From Eledone cirrhosa (lineage: Eukaryota): DNA of 64,000 nt. Under the pieces are notes generated by a model. That model was given only the letters and a program-made list of their open reading frames with translations. It was not told the DNA's origin and searched no databases. The DNA lies in assembly GCA_964016885.1 (NCBI GenBank), contig OZ024742.1, positions 106,516,001 to 106,580,000 on the forward strand, read 5' to 3'. The number at the start of each line of letters is the position of its first letter. Within the stretch, counting starts at the first letter, position 1. The translations under genes and the position numbers were made by a program. Shown piece by piece: positions 14,455 through 29,590 of this stretch.

Positions 14455-14980
14455 TCCGTACAAATATACATACATAAATTCATTGATACATACATACATA
14501 TATACATACATAAATTCATTCATACATACATACATACATACATACATACATACATACATACGTACACACATGCATATATACATATATGCATGCATACATA
14601 CGTACATTCATTCATTCATAATTGCATACATACATACCTACGTATAAATATACATACATAAATTCATTCATACATACATACATACATACATACATACATA
14701 CATACATACATACATTCATACATTCATTCATACATACATACATACATACATTCATACATTCATTCATACATACATACATACATACATACATACATACATG
14801 TATTCATACATACATTCATTCATTCATACATACATACATGCATACATACATACACACATACATACATACATACATACATACATACATACATACATACACA
14901 CATACATACATACATACATACATACATGCATACATACATACATACATACATACATACATACATTTATTCATACATACAAA
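14455..14980. repeat. (TACA)n/(TTCA)n compound microsatellite
   Basis: Direct reading. Confidence 0.95.
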
Positions 14981-15269
14981 AGAGGCAAGATAATATATAT
15001 ATAAAAAGCAGGCAATTTCTAGTTGCCATCTCCAGTTGAGCTCCACAGACTATATTGTCAGCTACTACTGCAAGGCGGAATAAGCAACCTAAGCGACATC
15101 AATGCCTGCACTTTGCACACCAGGTGGCACCGCTTGGAAAATTGTTATTAGAAAAAAAAAATCAAAAACAAAAAGAAAATAATTACACGTATTCATTTAT
15201 TAATGAGGTGACTTTTTCTCTCTCACTCTTATATAAATATATATGTATGATATATACATGTATATATAT

Positions 15270-15341
<72 letters not shown>

Positions 15342-15402
15342 ATGTATATATATATATATATACGTGTATTTATATATATATACATATATACATACATGCA
15401 TA

Positions 15403-15435
<33 letters not shown>

Positions 15436-15599
15436 ATATGTATATATGTATATATATATATGTGTGTGTATGTATATACGTGTATATATATATATACATG
15501 TGTGTGTGGGTGTGTGTGTGTATGTGTGTATATATGTATATATATACATATATATATATGTGTAGGTATATATATATATATACGTGTGTGTGTGTGTGC

Positions 15600-15701
<102 letters not shown>

Positions 15702-15789
15702 ATATGTATTTATATTCGTGCGTATATATACGTATATACGTATATATACAAATATATACGCATACGTACAAATATATATTTGTCATGGC

Positions 15790-16636
15790 TGTTATTGTGT
15801 TTGTCGCAGCTGTTGTTGTTGCAGCTGAGGTGATGCTGTTGCTACTATTTGTGTTACTGCTGCTGTTGCTGTTGCTGTTGGTGCTGCAGATGGTCTCTCA
15901 TTATTGCTGGTTTTATTACTGCTGTTGCTGATGATGATGATGGTGATGGTGGTGATGATGGTGGTGGTGGCGATGGTGCTGGTGGTAGTGGTGGTAATGG
16001 TGTTGGTGATGATGATGATGGTGATGGTGGTGATGATGGTGGTGGTGGTGATGGTGGTGGTGGTGGTAGTGGTGGTTGTGGTGCTGTTGGTGATGATGAT
16101 GATGATGGTGGTGGTGGTGATGTTGATGGTGGTGGTGGTGATGTTGATGGTGGTGGTGGTGGTGGTGATGATGGTGGTGCTGATGATGGTGATGATGATG
16201 ATGGTGGTGGTGGTGATGTTGATGGTGGTGATGTTGATGGTGGTGGTGGTGGTGGTGATGATGGTGGTGCTGATGATGGTGATGATGATGGTGGTGGTGG
16301 TGATGTTGATGGTGGTGGTGGTGATGATGATGGTGGTGGTGGTGGTGGTGATGATGGTGGTGGTGATGATGGTGATGATGATTTTGGTGGTAGTGATGTT
16401 GATGGTGGTGGTGGTGATGTTGATGGTGGTGGTGGTGGTGGTGATGATGGTGGTGGTGATGATGGTGATGATGATGGTGGTGGTAGTGATGTTGGTGGTG
16501 GTGGTGGTGATGATGATGGTGATGATATTTTATTGATATTCTTTTTATTGTTATTTTTACTGTTTTGGTTCGTTGTGCTGATTTATGGCTGATGTTGTTG
16601 TTGTTGTTGTTTTTGTTGTTGTTGCTGTTGTTGTTT

Positions 16637-16680
<44 letters not shown>

Positions 16681-16732
16681 GATGATGATGTTGTTGTTGT
16701 TGTAGTTGTTGTTGCTGTTGCCGTTGTTGTTT

Positions 16733-16764
<32 letters not shown>

Positions 16765-16842
16765 GTTGTTGTTGCTGTTGTTGTTGTTGTTGTAGTTGAT
16801 GTTGTTGTTGTTGCTGTTGCCGATGTTGTAGTTGTTGTTGTT

Positions 16843-16902
<60 letters not shown>

Positions 16903-16936
16903 TTGTAGTTGTTGTTGCCGTTGTTGTTGTTGTCGT

Positions 16937-16970
<34 letters not shown>

Positions 16971-17300
16971 GTTGTTGTCGTTGTTGTTGTTGTTTTGTAG
17001 TTGTTGCTGTTGATGTTGTTGCCGTTGTTGTTGTTGTCGTTGCTGTTGTTGTGGTGGTGGTGGTGATGCTGATGGTGGTGGTGGTGTTGTTGATGGTGGT
17101 GGTGGTGGTGGTGGTGGTGATGATGGTGGTGGTGATGATGGTGATGATGATGGTGGTGGTGGTGATGTTGATGGTGGTGGTGGTGATGTTGTTGTTGTTG
17201 TTGTTTTTGTTGTTGTTGCTGTTGTTGCTATTGTTGTTGTTGCTGTTTTTGTTGTTATTGTTGCTGTTCTTGTTGTTGTTGCTGTTGCTGTTGTTGTTGC

Positions 17301-17351
<51 letters not shown>

Positions 17352-17407
17352 CGTTGTTGTTGTCGTTGCTATTGTTGTTGGTGTTGTTGTTGTTGCTGTT
17401 GTTGTAG

Positions 17408-17447
<40 letters not shown>

Positions 17448-17480
17448 CGTCGTCGTCGTCGTTGTTGTTGTTGTTGTTGC

Positions 17481-17517
<37 letters not shown>

Positions 17518-17591
17518 GGTATTGATGTTGCTGTTGTTGTTGTTGTTGTTGTTGTTGTTGTCGTCGTCGTCGTCGTCGTCGTTGTTGTTGT

Positions 17592-17623
<32 letters not shown>

Positions 17624-18060
17624 GTATTGGTATTGATGTTGCTGTTGTTGTTGCTGTTGTTGTTGTTGTTGATGTCGTCGTTGTTGTTGTTGTTGCCGTT
17701 GTTGTTGTTGTTGTTGTTGTTGCTGTTGTTGTTGTTGTTGTTGTAGTTGATGTTGTTGTTGCTGTTGCCGTTGTTGTGGTTGTTGTTGTTGTTGTTGTTG
17801 TTTTTTGTTGTTGTTGCTGTTGTTGCTATTGTTGTTGTTGCTGTTTTTGTTGTTATTGTTGCTGTTCTTGTTGTTGTTGCTGTTGTTGTTGTTGTTGTAG
17901 TTGTTGTTGTTGTTGTGTTGCTGTTCTTGTTGTTGTTCTTGATATTGTTGTTGTTGTTGTTGTAGTTGTTGTTGTTGTTGTTGTTGTTGTTGCTGCTGTT
18001 GTTGTAGTTGTTGTAGTTGTTGTTGTTGTTGTTGTCGTCGTCGTTGTTGTTGTTGTTGCT

Positions 18061-18096
<36 letters not shown>

Positions 18097-18208
18097 GCTG
18101 TTGTTGTTGTTGGTATTGGTATTGATGTTGCTGTTGTTGGTGTTGTTGCTGTTGTTGTTGCTGTTGTTGTTGTTGTTGATGTCGTTGTTGTTGTTATTGT
18201 TGTTGCCG

Positions 18209-18282
<74 letters not shown>

Positions 18283-18287
18283 GCTGT

Positions 18288-18319
<32 letters not shown>

Positions 18320-18726
18320 TTGTTGTTGTTGCTGCTGTTGGTGGTGGTGGTGGTGGTGGTGGTGGTGTTGATGGTGATGGTGGTGGTGGTGGTGTTGTTG
18401 ATGGTGATGGTGGTGATGGTGGTGGTGGTGGTGGTGGTGGTGATGGTGGTGGTGGTGGTGGTGGTGATGGGGTTTATGGTGATGCTGCTGATGGTGATGG
18501 TGGTGATGGTGGTGGTGGTGGTGGTGGTGGTGGTGGTGATGGGGTTTATGGTGATGCTGCTGATGGTGTTGATGGTGATGGTGGTGGTGGTGGTGTTTAT
18601 GGTGATGGTGGTGCTGACCATGATGATAATGATACTGTGGTTGTGGTGGTTATATATTACTACTTTATATATTATATTGTCTTTCTACTCCGGTGGTCAC
18701 CAACACTCCCATCAGACGCCCTTTTT

Positions 18727-18766
<40 letters not shown>

Positions 18767-18773
18767 CACCACC

Positions 18774-18810
<37 letters not shown>

Positions 18811-18962
18811 TTACTACTGCTGCTGCTGCTACTACTGCTGCTGTTGCTACTACTACTACTACTACTACTACGACCACTACTAATACTACTACTAATACTG
18901 CTGTTGCTACTACTACATTTACTACTACTATTGCTACTACTACTACCACTACTACTAATAAT
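15790..18962. repeat. Compound trinucleotide array (GGT/GAT/GTT/GCT, then CTA)
   Basis: Direct reading; source of the poly-N/H/T/L/V ORFs. Confidence 0.95.
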
Positions 18963-19162
18963 AATTGTTTCTAATTTTTGGCACAAGCCCAGCAATTACC
19001 CAGTAGATTACTGGTACTTTATTTTATCGACCCCGTAAGGATGAAAGGCAAAGTTAACCTTGGCGGGATTTGAACTCAGTCCATAAAGTACCATAAAGTG
19101 CTGTAACTCTTTGCTGCAGAGCATGGCGTCCGACCCTCTACCGTTACTGCCAATCCAGCGCC
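18963..19162 (-). mobile_element. tRNA-derived SINE
   Basis: Same core as 6027-6213. Confidence 0.8.
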
Positions 19163-19304
19163 TTTCTAATAATGGTTTCCTTTATTGACCACAAGGCCCG
19201 ACATATAGGGGACAATACAGTAGACGGGGAGAGTGGGGGTTTTGGCATAAAAATCGAGTAAAAAATATGAAAACAATAACAATAAACAAGAAAAATACAA
19301 TAAT

Positions 19305-19915
19305 GACTTGCATGGACTTGCCTCTCCAGATGCCGAGTGCAAGCCCACCGACTTTTCCGGGTTAAGTTTCGCTCCCGTTAACCTTTCAAATTCCTCCAAT
19401 AAGGTGCTGATCACCACGATTTCCGAGGTGTCCGACACCAACACGGAGATGTCGTCCGCATAAGCCGACACAACCTTTCGGCGTCCCGGTTCGAGTGGGA
19501 TGCCCTGCAATAACTTCAGCTTCCGCAGTAAAGACTCAAGAGTCAATACGTACAGAAGGGAGGAGAGAGGGCACCCTTGACGGACCGATCGGGAGATCTG
19601 AAACGGTTCTGAGAGGTGGCCATTAACTTTAACCACCGAGCAGATGCCGCTGTGCATTGCAGCGATCCAGCTTCTGAAGATGGGGCCGACGCCAGCTGCC
19701 TTGAGGACAGCCTCCAGGTACCGATGGTCGACCCTGTCGAATGCTTTTGATTGATCTAAATTGATCAAAGCCCCACCGAAACCAGGTTTACACTCTATCC
19801 TCTCTAAGCATGGGGTGGAGGCTGTATTGTATGGACCTGGTCGGGATTGTGCAAGTTTGAGCCTCCCCAACCAAATCCTCGACGACAATCGCCACCCTCT
19901 TCGCTAACAACTTTA
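19305..19915 (-). pseudogene. L1/Tx1-like LINE reverse transcriptase fragment
   Basis: GGALINLDQSKAFDRVDH..VRQGCPLS..SAYADD. Confidence 0.85.
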
Positions 19916-19974
19916 GTTTATCGTGATCTTTATCACCATTGTATCGACATCGTTACCATAATCAATTTAGGTAC

Positions 19975-21003
19975 AATGTCAACAATTTGGAGAGAAGGGG
20001 AGAGTCAATTAAGTTGACACCAATGCATGAGTGGTACTTTATTTTACTGATCTCGGAAGAATGAAAGGCAAAGTTCGCCTCAGTGGGGTTTGAACTTAAA
20101 ACGTAAAGAGCTGAAAAAAAAAGTATTTTGACCGATTCTCTAACGATTCTACCAATTCGCAGCCCTAAAATAGATTGATAATGGTCACTCATTTAAGCAC
20201 ATGTTTAGCCGGTTTTTTATAGGGGGCGAGTAGATTATATCGACGCCAGTAATTGTTTGGCACTTTATTTTACTGGGATCCTAAAAGGAAAAGTTAACAT
20301 CAGCGGGATATGAACTCAGAATATAAAGACACTTGTCTACCGCTCTAACGTCTGTGCCAACCTCCCACCATTAATACTAATTTCTAATATTAGACACAAT
20401 TGCAGTAATTCATGCGGAGGGAAAATTTGATTATAAGCACCCCAGTACTTGACTGGTACTTTATTTTATCGGCTTCAGAATTCTAAAAGACAAAGTTAAC
20501 TTCGGCGGGATTTGAATTCAGAACGTAGCGATCATTTGGCTGAAGCTTTAACATGTCAATCCCTCACCATCAATAATAAAGATGATTCTGATATTGGCTA
20601 TGGTTTGTTAGGATGAAGTAGAATCGATTATTTCAACCTCAATAGTTTTCCCATTTTTATTTTAATGACACCAGAAACATGAAAATCAAAGTCTAGACAC
20701 AAGGACAGGTATTGATTCAAAGTAACAACAGCGGGGTTAGAACTATCTTTCAAAGTAAACAAAAGAAAAATGGAGAGAAATTAAAGAAAAAAAACTTTTT
20801 TGGCACAAGGCCAATAATCATTGGTGGGGAGGGGGTCGATTAAATCGGCCCCAGTACATTACTGGTACTTTATTTTATCGACCACGTAGGAAGAAATTCA
20901 AAGCTAACGTTGATAGAATTTTAACTCAGAACGGAGAGGGACATAACTATATGCCACAAAGTATGTTGTCTGACGCTCTGCTGAAACTGCCAATACTCCG
21001 CCC
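19975..21003 (-). mobile_element. Cluster of about four older copies of the same SINE
   Basis: Repeated GGTACTTTATTTTA..GAAAGGCAAAGT..GGATTTGAACTCAGA at ~20030, 20260, 20455, 20862. Confidence 0.7.
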
Positions 21004-21803
21004 TGCATATAGTAAAGTACAGACTATAAATAGTAAAGTACAGACTACACACAAAAATTCATTTAGCTGAAGAGAAAATAGTAGACACGGTTAAAAACCA
21101 AGACAACATCAAAATGGAATTCCAACATGTACTAAAGAAAAAATTGAGAAAAAAAAAGCACTGAATAGTCAAACCCTGTCAGAGAGGAAATAAGCCACAG
21201 TGAAAGCATATAATGTTTAAAATTGCTCGGGGCTAAAAGCAGAAACTGAATGTCAAAGTTATGAAACGAGGTTGACATCAAATACAAGCTGTGCTATCAG
21301 TATAATGAAACAATTAACCTCATCATTTCTGTTTGTCTATTCTTGCAAGTTAAGAGTATTTCTATCGATATTATCGAGTCAGCTATTATATCCCTAGAGA
21401 AATACATCCATATTTCGACGTAAAAGCTAAGGAATTATATAGGTATGCACCAACCAAATACAGTACATAACAACGACCTCGCTACAATAATCATTTTTTT
21501 TTTTCCTGTGAGGACATTCTGGAAAAACCTGCAGTTGATACAACTACCAATCTTGCATCTGCTTGTCATTGGATTCTGGCTGTTGATATTTAGGGAGCAA
21601 CATGTGTATAGCACAAGCACATGCTGCTTTGATCTCCTTGTGCAGATATCTCTTCAAAGTCCTGCGGCGATGAGGAAGCAGCGACGTATACAATCCTAAC
21701 GAGTTAGGGGTATACAGTTGCTAATCTACACGTAGGCGGCTTAAGGCTTATCTAACGTCGATACCAGTTTTCGAAATAGGAACTGGCTTGGGCAGAGTCT
21801 TTT

Positions 21804-22045
21804 GTGACTGAGCGGCCCTTTCAAGGGAGAACGTGCTCACCCAAATTGAGGGTCACAGAAGTACAAGTGCCAAACTGTATAGATGTCTCCAAACAGCAAA
21901 GTTTAGATGTTCTTAATAATAGACTTGAGAACGTTGTCTTTGGTGAAACTTGGGAACAGTTTAAAACACAAGTTTACAACGCTGGGGTCGATGTACTCGG
22001 TCTTAAGAAAAGAAAACACCGAAACTGGTTTGAAGATAATGGTGC
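21804..22045 (+). pseudogene. RTE-clade LINE linker fragment
   Basis: WEQFKTQVYNAGVDVLGLKKRKHRNWFEDN. Confidence 0.6.
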
Positions 22046-22329
22046 AGCACCAGCCCACGGTAAGTATACTAAACTTACACTAATCCTAGTCATAATTCCT
22101 TTTAATTTAATTTTGAATTCTTTTCATTGTTTTTAATAATTCTATATTATCCTAACGAACAATAAAACATAGAATACATAAAACGTTTGCCGTTTTAGCA
22201 ACTTTTGTACCAACCATTATTTTTTTTTTCTTTCCTCCTTACTTCCAGCTCCCTATGTCTCATTCGCCCGCCCTCACTTACCTAATGTCATCAGGGACAT
22301 CGCGTATCTACAACGTCTGCACAACCCAC

Positions 22330-22502
<173 letters not shown>

Positions 22503-22552
22503 ATATATACACTATATTAATAAATGGAAACTATATTTATAAAACCATATTT

Positions 22553-22616
22553 ATTTTATTATACATATTTCAAGGGCAACCAAGGCAAATTATGGTGCGC
22601 TTTCATCAGATAAAAT
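22553..22616 (-). ncRNA. Hammerhead ribozyme in inverted pLTR
   Basis: Reverse complement of 23994-24057. Confidence 0.75.
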
Positions 22617-23993
22617 GCAGATTTGTTTTATAAATAAATATTGACATACCCGGAAAGAACCTTAACGGTTGGAGCTTCCTGGATAGTGGAGATAGTACAT
22701 TTATTGAGGGTAATACAAAGTTATGAGTGAGTATGCAAATGAGTGTCCGAAAGGTTGAAAAGATAACGGTTTATTTAAATTAAACTGTTGGAAGAAGATG
22801 ATATGTCAGGGAGAGAGAAAAAAAAGAAAAAAGAAAGGAGAAAGATAGAAGAGGAAAGAAAGAACGATTATACATATTGATAGTGAAGATAGAGTGCATG
22901 AAGAAATAAGTTTCAAAGGAGAAATATACACAGCGTAAGTATATCTAAGTGAAAGAAGAAATAAGATTAACGTGGAAGAATAATATTTATAATGCAGGGT
23001 ACATTATGTTTTGATTACAATACTTATAATGAGAGGTTGAAAAATTAGATTAAAATTAAAAATTAGAAATCAAAATTAAAGATTAAAATTTGCCTTAAAA
23101 TTTGCCTTAATATTAAATATGTGGAATAACCTATGGTTTATGCTTTAAATATATTCTTATGATAAATTTTTTTTTTTTTTAAACTTTATAGCAAGTAAAT
23201 TTATGACTTCGTATAAAATAACATATGGTTCATGTTTTAATTATATTCTTAAGATAAAAAATGTTTAACTTTTTAACTTTATAACATTTAATCCTTGGAT
23301 TAAAAAAATCACTTCTAACTTCCTTTACACTTCCTTACTGTTTTTATAATATAATTAAGTAGTTATTCCATTGTAAACTCTCGTAAATTTTTCATAAATT
23401 TAGAATTATTTGGATGTTTAAATTTTGACTTACAACTTTTAATAAAATAAACTATACTAGATTTTCTCTAATGTAAAATACTATATATTTATTTAAATAT
23501 TTTATAATCCTTAACATACACATTTAAACTAATTATTAATATTAAATTATTAAATTAAATCTTTAATATTAAGGCAAATTTTAATCTTTAATTCTGATCT
23601 CTAATTTTTTGTTTTAATCTAATTTTTCAACCTATCATTATAAGTATTGTAATCAAAACGTAATGTACCATGCATTATAAATATTATTCTTCCACGTTAA
23701 TCTTATTTCTTCTTTCACTTAGATATACTTACGCTGTGTATATTTCTCCTTTGAAACTTATTTCTTCATGCACTCTATCTTCACTATCAATATGTATAAT
23801 CGTTCTTTCTTTCCTCTTCTATCAGTTTAATTTAAATAAACCGTAATCTTTTCAACCTTTCTGACACTCATTTGCATACTCACTCATAACTTTGTATTAC
23901 CCTCAATAAATGTACTATCTCCACTATCCAGGAAGCTCCAACCGTTAAGTTTTTTTCCGGGTATGTCAATATTTATTTATAAAACAAATCTGT

Positions 23994-24057
23994 ATTTTAT
24001 CTGATGAAAGCGCACCATAATTTGCCTTGGTTGCCCTTGAAATATGTATAATAAAAT
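23994..24057 (+). ncRNA. Hammerhead ribozyme in 5' pLTR
   Basis: ATTTTAT-CTGATGA-AAGcGCACCA..TGGtTGCcCTT-GAAA-TATGTA-TA-ATAAAAT. Confidence 0.75.
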
Positions 24058-24215
24058 AAATATGGTTTTATAAATAGTTTCCGTTTATTAATATATTGTC
24101 CTTTATATCAGTTATAAATATTGTTAAGCTTGTTGAATCCCAACAAATTAATTATAACCTCTGCATATATTTTGCTCCTTTATTGTTGAACGCTTTAAAT
24201 TATAACTGATTAAAA

Positions 24216-26401
24216 ATGGAATTCTTTAGGATCTCTTTTTCTCTAATAGACATACCTTTACCTAAGAATAAGGACTTTCTAAAACAACTTATAGAAAAAT
24301 CGCACTCATTTATAAGAAGACTCAGATGGCGTGCTTTTCATTTCTGATGCGAAAGAAAATATTTCCAATCTTGATAGAATCTTCAAATCCAAAAAGAATC
24401 CACCTTCCAACAAACTATTAATGGAATTTGAAAATGAGATGATCTCTATCATACAAAGCATTAAATTTAAGAAAAACCACTTTGTAGGCCAGGATTACCT
24501 AAAAAGTTTCAAAAATAATATTGAAAACTTTGAAAAAACGGAAAAAATTCTTGTTAAATCAGATAAAACCAACAATCTTTACGGAATGCAAAAGGATGAT
24601 TACAATGATCTTATATTGAAGGAATTAAGGAAAAATTACAAAAGAGCAACGAATGATGACCTTGAAAAACTAAATACTGAAGCTTCTTATATAATGCAGG
24701 AATTAGGCATCGAAAATAGGACGCAACCCTTCATACCTAGGAAACCAAAAATTAATTTGAAGGACCATAAAAGAAATTTTGAAATTGAATTACCAGTTAG
24801 ATTGCTTGCACCATCTAAATCGGACCTTGGCATACTTAGCATATTTTAGATAGAATCATACCACAACTTAAGGAAATATCTTATTTAAAATTATGGAATG
24901 GGACTAATGAAGTTATTGACTGGTTTAAGGACATTAAATATAAACATAACAATAAATTCATTCAATTGGATATTGCTAATTATTACTCATCTATCACTCC
25001 TAATCTACTTAATAAAGCCCTTACATATGCATATAAATATACAGATTTAACTAGCAATGAAATGCACATTATCTTAACTACACGTAAAACATTAATTAAA
25101 TTTAGCAACCACCTTTGGACTAGAGCAGATAGGGATAACAATTTCGATATCACTATGGCGTCATCGGACTCGGCGCAATTAATGGATCTTGTGGGGCTTT
25201 TTATTAACAATACTTTACATAGGAAAATACCGGAGATGACCGGTGGTTTATATCGTGACAATATGCTATTACTTATTGAAAATAATAATAATTGTGAAAT
25301 AAATAGGAAAAGAATTATACAATTTTTTAATAGCGTTAATCTTAAAGTAGAAGTAGAGAATAATTATAAAATAGTTAATTTTTTAGATGTAACTTTAAAC
25401 CTTGATACTGGTCTTTATTATCCATTTCATAAAATAAATGAAAATTTAAACTATGTTAACTTTAATTCCAATCACCCCAGATCCGTTAAAAACACTATTG
25501 TAAATTCTGTGCAGCAACGTATTTCTAGAATTTCAGCGAATAAAAATATATTTTAAGATAAGGCACAATATTATAATGAAGGGTTAGGTAGAGCAGGCTA
25601 TAGTAATGAAATTAAATACATTGACAATAAGGATGTGCCAATTAACCATAACTATAAATATAATTATAATAGGAAACCTTGCACTAACTCGAAAATCAAA
25701 AGGAAAAATAGAACTAGAAATATATTATGGTTCGCTCCCCCTTTTTTATTAAGTATTAAAACTCCTATAGCTAAATTATTCTTTAAAGCTTTCCTAAGAC
25801 ACACAGGTATTACTCAATCTTTAATAGACATACTATTAAACTCTCATATTCCACCACTATGAATTTAGCGCAGAATATTAATAGAATTAATAATAGAAAC
25901 TTAAAACCTAACCATAATAGCATTAATACCCCTAGCAATATCCAATATAATGTTACGGCTCCCAATAATATAAATTCAAATAAATGTAATTGTAGAAATA
26001 AATCTAACTGTCCTCTAAATAATAATTGTTTAGTTAAAAATATAGTATACAATTGTAATGTCAAAACAAATGAAAACTCCTTTAACTATGTCGGCTCTAC
26101 TTTCACAGACTTCAAATCTCGTTTTAATAACCATAAATGTTCCTTTACGAATATTGGTAAAAAATCTTCAACTTCTCTATCTAACTTAGTATGGGACTTA
26201 AAATCCAAGAATATATTAACTATTCTTTACTTTGGAAAATTATCTCCAAAGCTCCTTCATTTATCCAAAAATTGCTCACTTTGCGTTGAAGAAATATTCT
26301 TTATATTAAAAAGTAAGAACTCTATTAATTTGCAAAATAATTTATTTAGTTCCTGTAAACATCGTTTAAACTCAACTTTTAAATATATATATAAAATGTA
26401 A
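24216..26401 (+). pseudogene. Frameshifted Penelope RT + GIY-YIG ORF
   Basis: N-term FSLIDIP..LIEK..FIRRLRWRAF; DIANYYSSI; GLYRDN (YRDD mutated); FLDVTL; CNC..CPL..NIVY..YVGST..FKSRFNNH; CSLCVEE. Confidence 0.9.
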
Positions 26402-27011
26402 TATATGATTTATCTCCTTTACATAATGTTTTCTATATCTATATACGATTCATATATATTTAATTTACTTTCTATTATCTCTACCTCATATATATACTAT
26501 ATACTTTATATTATTACACCTATCGAGAGATTATAAATTTTTTTTATATGACTGCTTGAAACTCCTTTAAGAAAAAAATTTCTTGAAAAACTTATGGAAG
26601 GTTTTAGGAAAAAAATCCTTTGAAAATTCCTTTGAAAGATATAGAAAAACCATTATTTTCATACCTTCCAATATTTTTATATCTTCAAACGTTTTAAATA
26701 TATATATATCCAAATGTTTATATATATGTGGAAAAACATGATTTTTATATATAGGTTTTTTATATATATGTGGAATAACCTATGGTTTATGCTTTAAATA
26801 TATTCTTAAGATAAATTTTTTTTTTATTTTTTAACTTTATAGCAAGTAAATTTATGACTTCGTATAAAATAACATATGGTTCATGTTTTAATTATATTCT
26901 TAAGATAACAAATTTACCCTAAATAAATGTACTATCTCCACTATCCAGGAAGCTCCAACTGTTAAGGTTTTTTTCCGGGTATGTCAATATTTATTTATAA
27001 AACAAATCTGT

Positions 27012-27075
27012 ATTTTATCTGATGAAAGCGCACCATAATTTGCCTTGGTTGCCCTTGAAATATGTATAATAAAAT
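27012..27075 (+). ncRNA. Hammerhead ribozyme in 3' pLTR
   Basis: Identical to 23994-24057. Confidence 0.75.
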
Positions 27076-27206
27076 AAATATGGTTTTATAAATATAGTTT
27101 CCGTTTATTAATATATTGTGTATTCCACTAAACTGTTGAGTGTTTTATATCAGTTATAAACATTTTTAAGCTTGCTGAATCCCAACAAATTAAATATAAC
27201 CTCTGC

Positions 27207-27275
<69 letters not shown>

Positions 27276-27294
27276 CAGTCGATCGACTTTCGTC

Positions 27295-27494
27295 AAATCG
27301 GGCCGAGGAAATAATGCTTCCATCGGTCTTTCCAATTGCTAGTATTCTCTATCGGTTGCAACTCCAGCTAGAAGGAGCAACGTGAAATAAAGTGTCTTGC
27401 TCAAGGACAAAACGCATCACCCGGTCTGGGAATCGAACTCACAAACTCACGATTGCGAATCCTATTCTCTAACCACTCAGTCACGCGCCTTCAC
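27295..27494 (-). mobile_element. tRNA-derived SINE (second family)
   Basis: Minus strand: A box TGACTGAGTGG, B box GAGTTCGATTCCC, then GTCCTTGAGCAAGACACTT. Confidence 0.75.
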
Positions 27495-27515
27495 ATATAT
27501 ATATATATATATATA

Positions 27516-29240
27516 TCCCACCCTACACACACTAAACACTCTATTCCCTACTCCCAACTCCTCAGGATCTGCCGCCTCTGCGGCCGAGATGCTGACTTTG
27601 AGTCCCAGGCCCTTCCCCTAGTCAGCCATTTCATCCGCAGAGGTTACGTCCACGCCGCCCTCATTCGCGCCCGTGCTGTCCACCGCTCCTCCCCCTCACC
27701 CCACGCCACCGCACACCCACCGTCTCCTCTTCCCCATCACCTACCACCCCTCTACCATGCCCCTCCACCGCACCATCCTCCGCCTCTTCCGACGCCTCCA
27801 GTCCGACCCCTCCACCTCCCACATCTTCCCATCCCCACCCTCCCCTCCTTCAAACGCCCACGCAATCTTGCACCCTCCTCGTCCGTAGCTCCCTACCCCC
27901 CAACCCACGCTCTTCTTTCCCCACCGATTCCCTTCCCTGTTCCAGGCCTCGTTGCAACACCTGCCCCCACATCACCAACACCACCACCTTCCAGGGTATC
28001 AACGGCCACTCTCTCTCTCTGTCCGGCACGCCTTCCGCTGCACCTCCTCCAACCTAGTCTACGGACTTCGCTGCGCGGAGTGCAGCGCAACCTACGTCGG
28101 ACAGACTGGACGTCGCCTGGCGGACCGTTTCACCGAACTCCTCCGAGATATTCATCTCGGCGGGAGTTCCCCCATCGCCCGCCACTTTGGCTCCCCTTGA
28201 CATTCCGCGCACCACCTCACAGGCTGTGCCCTACTCCAATGCCACGGAACACCCGCCACCCGCCTCACGGTCGAACAACGCACCATCTTCACCCTACAGA
28301 CCCACACTCCCCTCGGCCTGAACCCCTCACCCCTATTCCTTTAGCCTTCGACCGCCCTGTCCCACCCTCCACACACACATATCCCCCACTAATACCACTA
28401 ACGCACTAATCCTTTTCACCGCCCACCCCCTTGGCCCACACACAACTAACAATACTAACACCCCACCCCGACCACCCTCCCCCAACTAACAATACTAACA
28501 TCCCCTCCCCCTATCACGCACGCACAAACCAGTACACTACACTCCCTATACCGTCCCCCATACATTTTCTCTCCCCGCTCCACCCACACCCCTTCACACA
28601 CACACACACACACACACATCCCACTAACACCTCTACTAATACACACCCCATCCCCCTACATGACTCCCTCCCCACTCCACCTTTCATACCTACCCATCAT
28701 TTCCCCTGTCCACCGCACCTCCGCACACACAGACACACTGACTTTCTTCACCTGCCATTCTCCTCTACTGCTGCTATGCCTTCTCCTGCCTTGACCCTCT
28801 GACCACTTCTACCAACATACAGACACACAGTCCTCTCCACCTGTCATTCTCCTCTACCTTCATCCTGCCTTGACCCTCTGACCACTTCCTGTTGCGCGCG
28901 CAACCCACATCTCCTCTCTTCCGACCACCACAACCAACGGATTACATACCACCGGCCATCGTTCCAACTATCTACTCCATAACATGGAAAATATCCAGCA
29001 ACTCTTCACACCCTCTACGGAACTACCTTAGGAACTTACCCACGGACATACACTCACAATTCTTTTTCGAACCAAGCCACCTACATCCACAAAACGTATA
29101 AACACCAACACACACGTCCGTACCCCCACATATATACACAATCAGCCTCCGGAATCCCCCCCCCCCCCCCTCAAGAGCGTGAAACTAATGAACCTTTGTT
29201 TGTACTGCCTCTCGGTTTTGTTCCCGTTCCATTTTTCACT
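27516..29240 (+). mobile_element. 5'-truncated Neptune-like PLE (frameshifted thumb + GIY-YIG to ~28330, then C-rich 3' region)
   Basis: SHPTHTKHSIPYSQLLRICRLC; CSRPRCNTC; FRCTSSNLVYGLRCAECSATYVGQTGRRLADRFTE; bounded by (TA)n. Confidence 0.85.
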
Positions 29241-29262
29241 ATATATATATATATATATATAT

Positions 29263-29309
<47 letters not shown>

Positions 29310-29322
29310 AGAGAGAGAGAGA

Positions 29323-29412
<90 letters not shown>

Positions 29413-29590
29413 AAATAATTATATAATTAGAAATTAGCTTCGACATAGCTGTATACAAATATGTATGTGAATTTCGTATATCTAAATATATACGGTTTGT
29501 TTGATAAATAAACATTTTGAAAGCCTCAGCTATGAATAGGAGACTGACGGTAGCGCCGTCGAACGGAGTCCAGCAGAAGCAAGGAGGATA

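Larger units (their letters stand above)
22512..27210 (+). mobile_element. Near full-length Penelope-like element: inverted pLTR, 5' pLTR, ORF, 3' pLTR
   Basis: 22512-23120 is inverted relative to 23555-24095; 23895-24170 recurs at 26913-27210; flanked by TG/TA microsatellites. Confidence 0.9.

Noticed and set aside
15849-19038. Long ORFs (901 aa, 420 aa and others) of poly-N/T/H/Q/L/V
   Set aside because: Stop-free trinucleotide microsatellites open in several frames; no complex domain
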